A stretch of DNA of 60,000 nucleotides from Squalus acanthias (Eukaryota), in NCBI GenBank assembly GCA_030390025.1, contig CM059431.1:102426001-102486000 (forward strand), read 5' to 3'. Position numbers and translations under genes: made by a program. Below the pieces are notes generated by a model. That model ran no database searches. It was not told the DNA's origin and saw nothing but the letters and a program-made list of their open reading frames with translations. Positions 52,419 through 60,000 of this stretch are shown piece by piece (position 1 is the stretch's first letter; each line of letters opens with the position of its first letter).

Positions 52419-52592
52419 CTCCTGTAGTTTAGCTACCATGATAACATGCAGGTGATTTACTAGGTTATCTAGGTATGGGAGCAGCAGCGATTTGGGGCAA
52501 TCTTCAGTGAAGTTAATGAGAGCAGCAGCAGCGTGAGCTTGAACGCGTGGATTCGCCTGATCTTCCATAGTTTGCAAGAGGGCTGAAATGAC
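52419..52592 (-). CDS. IPO5: importin-5 coding exon
   Basis: [34 protein letters not shown]...VAKLQE; ag/gtaag; 174 nt. Confidence 0.97.
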
Positions 52593-52878
52593 CTGTTTAA
52601 AAACAAAACGAAACAAAGGCTGACACCCCAAATTGATCTGGTTTCCTTTATGCTCCGACTACATATGAAATTCTACAAATTCCTCAGGAAAGTCAGGCGG
52701 AATGGAGACCAATTATAACTGCAAAATCTAAAAAAAAGTGTGAACGATTGAACAAGACAAAAAAGGTAAAAACAGTTAAATTGTGAACTGTGTTCATTTT
52801 AGCACGAATCATTTATGATTTGATGTTAAAGTACAAGAACAATATTCAGAGGTTCATATCCGAGCAAAGGATGCTTAC

Positions 52879-52968
52879 TTTATCGTGAAACTTTCGCTGG
52901 AACGTTGGTGCGAAGTCGGTGGCCATCTGACCTATTGCATTACAAGCTGCATATCTAACTCTTGGGTG
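52879..52968 (-). CDS. IPO5: importin-5 coding exon
   Basis: [30 protein letters not shown]; ag/gtaag; 90 nt. Confidence 0.97.
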
Positions 52969-53119
52969 CTAAAATGAAAATCAGAAGGAGATTACATTTC
53001 AAATCCAGCAATATTCCTGCAGTGCATCGTAAAAAATGTAAAGGTTTCAATTTGTAGAACACTCAATGTTAACCGAGTATAAAACCATTGCATCTGTATA
53101 CAATTAGGAATGGGACAGA

Positions 53120-53712
53120 CTTATGAGTACAAAAGTAGAGAAGTTATGCTGAACCTTTATAAAGCTCTGGTTAGGCCACAACTGGAGTATTGCGTCCGGT
53201 TCCGGTCACCACACTTTAGGAAGGATGTGAAGGCACTTGAGGGTGCAGAGGAGATTTAACAGAATGGTTCTGGGGATGGGGGATCTTAGCTACAAGGACA
53301 GGTTGGAGAAGCTGGATTTGTTTTCATTAGAGCAAAGGAGGTTGAGGGTGATTTGATAGAGGTGTACAAGATTATGACGGGTTTGGATAGGCTAGACAGG
53401 GAAAGGTTGTTTTCACTAGTTGATGGTACAAGGACTAGGGGACACAGATTTAAGGTTTTGGGCAAGAGATACAGGGGGATGGGAGGGAAAACTTTTCTAC
53501 GCAGCGAGTGGTGAGGATCTGGAACTCGCTGCCGACGGAAGTGGTGGAAGCGGAGACACTCAATGTTTTCAAGGGGAGACTGGATAGGCACTTGAGGGAA
53601 ATAAACTTGCAGGACTATGGGGATAGAGCGGGGGAATGGGATTGACTGGATTGCTCTGCAGAGAGCTGGCACGGACTCGATGGGCCGAATGGCCTCCCTG
53701 TGCCGCTATGAC
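53120..53712 (+). mobile_element. CR1 3' fragment
   Basis: LYKALVRPQLEYCV.. and 3' UTR. Confidence 0.87.
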
Positions 53713-54007
53713 TTATCAGCTCATTACAAATTGACAATTTTTTTTCCATTTTACCAATGCTTATAATCACCCCAAAGCACACCAAGCTCAGAACAAAACT
53801 GGGTGTTCCCAGCGTCACCCTCCCTCAACCGAATTTCTCTTGGTCGCCAGAAAGTGCCGACTCATACTGGCTGAAGGTGCGCAGATGACAACAACCCACC
53901 GAGATCTCAGCCAAATGGCCATCCTTCACGTGCAAGCATTGGCCATCGGCAGGACATTCATTCTACACTTGTACTGAAGTAATACACTTGTATTTTATTT
54001 CACTCAC

Positions 54008-54132
54008 TGGATCTTGAAGAAATAGCAAGACAAAATTCACAATTTCATTGAGGATCCCTTCCATTTGCTGGTGACAGCCTTCCCCAATAGCGGACAAGGC
54101 CATCAGGCCCGCGTGCCTGTACTTCCAGTCAG
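54008..54132 (-). CDS. IPO5: importin-5 coding exon
   Basis: [41 protein letters not shown]; ag/gtgagt; 125 nt; not in ORF track. Confidence 0.97.
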
Positions 54133-55419
54133 CTGCAAGAAAACATCACAGCTTGTGTTAACAACTTGCATTTATATCATAACTTTAATATCGGAAAGTG
54201 TCCCAAGGCGCTCCACAAGAGCGCAGACAAAAATTGAGACCGAGCCAGAGGAGATATTAGGACAAGTGACTAAAAACTTGGTTAAAAAGGTAGGTTTTAA
54301 GATTCGTCTTAAAAAGGAGGGGGGGGGGGGGGGGGAGGAGAGGTTTAGGGAGGGGATTCCAGAGCCAAGGGCCTATACGGCAGAAGGCATGGCCTTCAAT
54401 GGTGGGGCGAAGGAACTGCCAATTAAAGAATCGGCAATTAAGTACTTTTAAGTGTAGTCACTGTTGGAATATAAGCAAATATGGCAGCCAATTTGCACAT
54501 AGCAAGGTCCCGCAAACAGCAGTGAGACCATTGGCCAGATAATCTATTTTAGTGATGTTGGTTGTAGGATAAAGGTTGGATGTTCTTTTAATGGCCCCTT
54601 GACAAAACTAAGTTAATGGAAAAGCAGTCAGAGGGCAAGCCATCAATACAACACATGGTAACTTGTTGACAAGTGCAATATCCCAGTCTTCCAAGGCACA
54701 CATCAATGATTCCCTCAAGTATTCAAGAGCAGAATGCCAGAGATGCGTAACATTGGAAACAGGATGACCAGTAGAACAACTGTACCACAAGCAATACTGA
54801 CTTTCCAAGTGCTGAATAATTTAAGAGTTAAAATAGCTTCCATAACTTTAGAAAGCACCGAGGCAAAAGGAATAGGGCAATAATTTTAAGGGTGAGAGAT
54901 CACTTTAGGGTTAGGGTGAATTCGAGCAAATTTTCAGGAGGTATGATAAACTGGGAGTGAAAGAGATTGCAAGGGATTGGGGAAAATGAGTTTGCAGTAA
55001 CCTACAGCTTTCTACGACCCAAGAGAAAATAATAGAGGGAAGGTTTGGATGTGAAGACACTTTGAATACAGTAAATAGTACCTGTATTTTTCTGCCAATT
55101 ATTCAATATTAAGTAGGCATTTTTAAATGTAAAAAGTGTAGACAATGTCCCATCGCCAGCTATACTTAGAAATATAAAGTCTCCCTGCCCAAACGGACTT
55201 TGCTCCGGTGTCAGCAGAGACCTAATTTTTCACGGTTCTTACAAGCTGCCACCAGAATTTTCCATTTCTGATGTACACCCCGAAACACTAACCCATCTTT
55301 TGCTCTTCACAGGTGCTGCGGTGTAGTACCAGCATTGTCAGGTTTTATTTTAGATTTACATCATTTTTTTTCTTAAGGAACAGATACTTGGACTTGCATG
55401 AAAATCCAATGGAATGAAG

Positions 55420-55745
55420 ATATAAGAACATAAGAAATAGGAGCAGAGTAGGCCAATTGGCCCCTCGAGCCTGCGCCGCCATTCAATAAGATCATGGCTG
55501 ATCTGATCCTAACCGCCAATCTACTATCACAGAACCATCTCCTGAACCTAACAGAATTGGACACACGAAATAGGAGCAGGATCAGGCTACACGGCCCCTG
55601 GGCCCGCTCCGCTACCCACAGGGCCATGACCGATCCGAACCTAGACTCATGTCCAAATTCCTGCCCGCTCCCCGTAACCCTTAATTCCCTTTACTTCTAG
55701 GAAACTGTCTATTTCTGTTTTAAATTTATGTAATGATGTAGCTAA
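55420..55745 (-). mobile_element. CR1 3' fragment with duplicated terminal module
   Basis: Matches 48775-49110. Confidence 0.88.
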
Positions 55746-56570
55746 ATGATTTACACCCATTCATTATGGGTTTTGCGTTGTGGTGAGCAGAGTGTGTTGT
55801 TGGATATACAGTAATCAGCTGGTGCTTGTTACTAATTATAGGAGCTCAATATAAATAGCACTGTGTAAAAAAAAGCCAGTTGGCTGACTACTTCCAAACA
55901 AAATTTACATATAATACAGATCATGCAGCAGGATGCTTTGATTTCATTTAAGTTAATTTAATTGATCGAAATCAACACACAATTAATATGGGAGTGTACC
56001 TGGTATAATCTACACACCAGAGCAAACACACTGCCAGCTGTACACAAATTGGCATAGTGCACTCTACTTAATTCCCTCAGTCTCGAATGTAAAACGATAC
56101 TCGATTTCAATCTGACACGAATGCAGAGTTCTGCCCGGAATCTAGCCTCCCTTCTCACGGCACACCGGCGGCATAAACAGATTTTTATGTTGAGATTATT
56201 AAGGACCACAGGTATCTCAACAAAAAAACAGTAATGCTTCCTTGATGGTGTTACAGCAATATTGTCTTTCTTCACCCATCACCCACCCCCGCCCCATTTT
56301 ATCATTGCTAAGAGGTGGACAGGCAAATTGCTCAATATAGCTTTGAAGCCAACTTTCAAGAGGTGCAAGAACATGGACTACAGTCACTCACCCAGCAATG
56401 TTCACTGCCTCAATGGGAAAGTGTCTTGAGAATTTGTTTAAATGCATTACGATTTTAACCCAAGAAAATCTAAGATTAGCCCTAATGGGCTTTCTTTTTG
56501 CAGAAATGGATTTGACGAAAACAAATACTCATTGTGAAACAATTTAAATTACTGAATGCGCCATACTCAC

Positions 56571-56677
56571 AGTTTTGTAACATCTGCATGATGTGTTCTT
56601 TTATCAGTGGAAGCACTACTTTACCACCAAGGCCACAGGCTATCCTGTCCAGGGCGCTTTCACCAGCCACAGCATTG
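56571..56677 (-). CDS. IPO5: importin-5 coding exon
   Basis: [35 protein letters not shown]; ag/gtgagt; 107 nt, phase consistent. Confidence 0.97.
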
Positions 56678-56984
56678 CTAGGTTAAAACAAAAAAAGTTT
56701 TGAGTTCCAAAAGGAAAACAAAATGAAATCAGGTTACCAGCAAGAATTTTAAAAATTAAGTTCAAGCCAGAAATAAAAAACTTTAAATGGCAGCAACTGA
56801 CTGAAGGCAAAAGGACGCTGCCTGTAATCTTGTTAAATCCAAACTTAAATATCCATTCCGAACCTCATTAACAAGTCTGCTTCTCAAATCAAACTTCTAA
56901 GGTTTTAGCAATCTTGTATCTGCACTTTTGAATTAGAAGAGTTTTAATTTTACTCCAAACTTTATAGGGACATTATACTAAAAC

Positions 56985-57510
56985 AACAATTTGCATTTAT
57001 ATAGTACCCTTAACATAGTAAAACGTCCCGCGGTGCTTCACCAGGAGTGTTATCAGACAAAATTTGACACCGAGCCACATAAGGAGATATTCGGACAGGT
57101 GACAAGAGGTAGGTTTTAAGGAGCTTCTTAAAAGGAGCGGAGATAGGTAGAGGGATTTAGGGAGGGAATTCCAGAGCTTAGGGCCTGGGCAGCTGAAGGC
57201 ACGGCTGTCAATGGTGGAGTGGTTAAAATCGAGGATGTGCAAGAGGCCAGAATTGGAGGCGCGTAGAGATCTGGGAGGGTTGTCATGCTGGAGGAGGTTA
57301 CAGAGATAGGGAGGGGCGAGGCCATGGAGGGATTTGAAAATAACAATGAGAATTTTTTTTAAAAAGGTGCTGCCAGACTGGGAGCCAATGTAGGTCAGCG
57401 AACACAGGGGGTGATAGGTGACCGGGACTTGGAGAGAGTTAGGATACGGGCAGCAGGGTTTGGATGAGCTTAAGTTTATCTAGGGTAGAAGCTGGAAGGC
57501 CGGCCAGCCA
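56985..57510 (-). mobile_element. L2 3' fragment
   Basis: Matches 4530-5065 and 14668-15180. Confidence 0.85.
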
Positions 57511-57874
57511 GGAGAGATTAAGTGGCAAATTATTTCAAAATGTCGTTTCCCTGATGACTTCTAAACTCTTGTACACTATGATTGATTTACCCATGGTAAA
57601 TGAACGGATATACGATTGAAGTAAATAAAGGACGCAGATGAAGATGTGGGACACAGATGGTAACTGGGATTTTTTGGGGTGCGGTTGGTGGAGTCCACTA
57701 GTTTCCTCTTGTGTACTTCCTGGCAACCAGTTAAGGGGGAATCAGCAGCAGCAGCCTGGGAGCTGGCTACCTGCCCCACTTATTCAGGATGCGGAGATGC
57801 CGGTGTTGGACTGGGGTGGACAAAATTGAGAGGTCGCACAACACCAGGTTATAGTCCAACAGTTTTATTTGAAA

Positions 57875-57917
57875 TCACAAGCTTTCGGAGCTATCGATTT
57901 GCTCCTTCCTCAGGTGA
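57875..57917 (-). ncRNA. minimal type I hammerhead ribozyme motif (mirror copy, sense to IPO5)
   Basis: Exact reverse complement of 57979-58021. Confidence 0.75.
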
Positions 57918-57978
57918 AGTAAATTAGATACAGAATCTCCAAATCTACAGGCTTTGGAGATTCTGTATCTAATTTACT

Positions 57979-58021
57979 TCACCTGAGGAAGGAGCAAATC
58001 GATAGCTCCGAAAGCTTGTGA
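57979..58021 (+). ncRNA. minimal type I hammerhead ribozyme motif
   Basis: TCAC-CTGAGGA-A-GGAGC(9 nt)GCTCC-GAAA-GCTT-GTGA. Confidence 0.75.
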
Positions 58022-58142
58022 TTTCAAATAAAACTGTTGGACTATAACCTGGTGTTGTGCGACCTCTCAATTTTGTCCACTTATTCAGCACAGGGTGTAT
58101 AAACTGAGAGGGGAACAAATCCCTTAAAAAGAAAAAAGAAAA

Positions 58143-58597
58143 ACAGACTTGCATTTATATAGCGCCTTTCACAGCCACCGGACGTCTCAAAGCACTTTAC
58201 AGCCAATGAAGTACTCTTTCCCCGCCCCCCCCCCCCCAGAAGTGTAATTACTGTTGTAATGTAGGAAACACAGCAGCCAATTTGCATGCAAGCTCGCTCC
58301 CAGCTCTGATAGTGAGCAGGTAATCTGTTTTAGCGATGTTGGTTGAGGGATAAATAGTGGCCAGGACGCCAGGAGATAACTCCTCTTGCTCTTCTTCAAA
58401 ATAGTGCCATAGAATCTTTTACTACCCCGTGAGGGGGCAGACAGGGCCTCGGTTTAACCTCAGACAGTGCAGCACTCCCTCAGCACTGCACTGGAATGTC
58501 AACCTAGATTTCTGTGCTCAAGTCCCTGGGGTGGGACTTGAACACACAACCTTCTGACTCAGAGGCGAGGGTGCTACCCACTGAGCCACAGCTGACA
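58143..58597 (-). mobile_element. tRNA-derived SINE with Deu-like core and L2-type tail
   Basis: A box TGGCTCAGTGG, B box GTTCAAGTC, core GGCACTATTT..GTCCTGGCCA, tail AGGCGCTATATAAATGCAAGT. Confidence 0.88.
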
Positions 58598-58864
58598 CTG
58601 TGAAAGAAAAATTACACAAGCATTACTGTTCAGCACAGTAACAATTAAGGTTGAGGATCTTGCCAATAGGCAAGAGCACTATTTTGCAATATAGTCAAAT
58701 ATCTATACTCTGACATCAAGCACAATAGCGCTTCGGTAGTCTTTACTCTTCTCTCAATGGATGACTATTACCCTTGGAAGACATTCGCTGCAATGGAATC
58801 TACTTATTATGCCACAGCAAAGAATTAAATAGTCACACAAGAAAGAATCAACCTTAGTACCAAG

Positions 58865-59140
58865 GTCCCGTCTGCTCTCAGGTGGACGTAAAAGATCCCA
58901 TGGCACTATTTCGAAGAGCAAGGGAGTTATCCCTGGTGTCCTGGCCAATATTTATCCCTCAATCAGCATAACAAAAACAGATTATCTAGTCATTATCACA
59001 TTGCTGTTTGTGGGAGCTTGCTGTGTGCAACTTGGCTGCCACGTTTCCTACATTACAACAGTGGCTACACTCAGTACTTCATTGGCTGTAAAGCGCTTTG
59101 AGATGTCCGGTGGTCGTGAAAGGCGCTGTAGAAATGCAAG
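58865..59140 (+). mobile_element. same SINE family, 5'-truncated
   Basis: GATCCCATGGCACTATTTCGAAG..GTGTCCTGGCCAA core and tail. Confidence 0.87.
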
Positions 59141-59317
59141 TTTTTTTTAAAATTAAGCCTGCCCAGTGCAAATCATTAATTGATCAGATTTTATGGTGCT
59201 GTTGTCAAATATAAATTAGGAACACGTCCAAATTACAGTACAGATTCCTTCTTGTTCATTTGATTTCAACCCCTACGGTTTTCCATAAAAAGCTAATTTT
59301 CATTAAATGCGAATTAC

Positions 59318-59405
59318 CTGTCAAAGTCATCATCTTCCAGTTCATCCGAATTTGACCAGTTTTCATCATTCTCTAAATCCACCATCATTGCCAGCATCTG
59401 TGGAA
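59318..59405 (-). CDS. IPO5: importin-5 coding exon (first in window)
   Basis: ag|TT CCA CAG..GAC AG|gt; [28 protein letters not shown] matches IPO5 acidic loop; 88 nt. Confidence 0.96.
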
Positions 59406-59869
59406 CTGATCAAATATTTTAATGAAAAAAAGCTCCAGTATCTGTTAATGTTCACTTTAAGAATAAACTCCGGTTTCTTGAAGTAGGCTGGAAAAAATAA
59501 AATTGGGATTGTAGCACAGCTACCAGTTTAAAAAAACGTTCAGTGCCAGTATACCAACAGTAGCAACTAGGACAGTCCTTACAGAAGAATATAATCTGGT
59601 ATTAAAAACAGCAAGTACAAAAATATCTAGTTAAAACTAAGTCAGTCAGAATAGTTCTTTAATACTGTACTTGATGCAGTCGATTAATTTTTTTTAGGGA
59701 AAGCGTTGGGAGTGCAAGCGGCAGAAATTCACCCGATGCACACTTGTAGTGCATAAATAAAAAATCAACTTTATTATAGCCACCATCCATACATTAAAAA
59801 GAATGAGGTTGTATCATTGTATTTACACACACACACCCATCCCCCCAATACCATACCAACGGTTTACTT

Positions 59870-60000
59870 TAACATAAGAAATAGGAGGAGTAGGCCATAC
59901 GGCCAGTCGCGCCTGCTCCGCCATTCAATTAAGATCATGGCTGATCTTCGACCTCAACTCCACCTTCCTGCACTATCCCCATACCCCTCGATTCCCTTAG
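59870..60000 (-). mobile_element. CR1 3' end (runs off window)
   Basis: AACATAAGAAATAGGAG.. tail and 3' UTR. Confidence 0.85.

Larger units (their letters stand above)
57788..58080. mobile_element. Penelope-like palindromic mini element
   Basis: Perfect 128-bp arms 57816-57943 and 57953-58080, 9-nt spacer; direct repeat CCACTTATTCAG at 57776-57787 and 58077-58088. Confidence 0.9.

Noticed and set aside
21511..58088. Shared CTTATTC in the TSDs of both Penelope-like hairpins as a target motif
   Set aside because: The two elements are in opposite orientation relative to the motif and n=2; may be coincidence.
58500..58597. tRNA gene-like A/B boxes (also ~39867-39955)
   Set aside because: They are SINE heads continuous with repeat bodies, not stand-alone tRNA genes.
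1..60000. Prokaryotic-type systems (CRISPR, operons) or intronic snoRNAs
   Set aside because: No regularly spaced repeat array or operon, and no convincing C/D or H/ACA structure seen by eye; an Rfam scan would be needed to exclude snoRNAs.

Overview
Vertebrate genomic DNA, most likely a cartilaginous fish (inferred from the CR1, L2, RTE, Penelope and Deu-domain SINE repeat mix). The only host gene I can support is importin-5 (IPO5) on the minus strand: 18 coding exons from 59405 to the TGA at 27858-27860. They total 2381 nt, keep frame at every junction and encode the C-terminal ~793 aa; the 5' exons lie beyond the window. Two introns are non-canonical: a U12-type AT-AC intron (37567-38126) and a GC-AG intron (28502-32647). 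The rest is dense, nested transposon sequence: many CR1 fragments (one near full length), L2 and RTE LINEs, two tRNA-derived SINE families, Harbinger-like MITEs with AWT target duplications, a hAT MITE, a solo LTR and an old tandem duplication. The most unusual elements are Penelope-derived, including a perfect 128-bp-arm palindrome with a minimal hammerhead ribozyme motif on each strand, inside an IPO5 intron. All family names come from motif recognition, not database searches.
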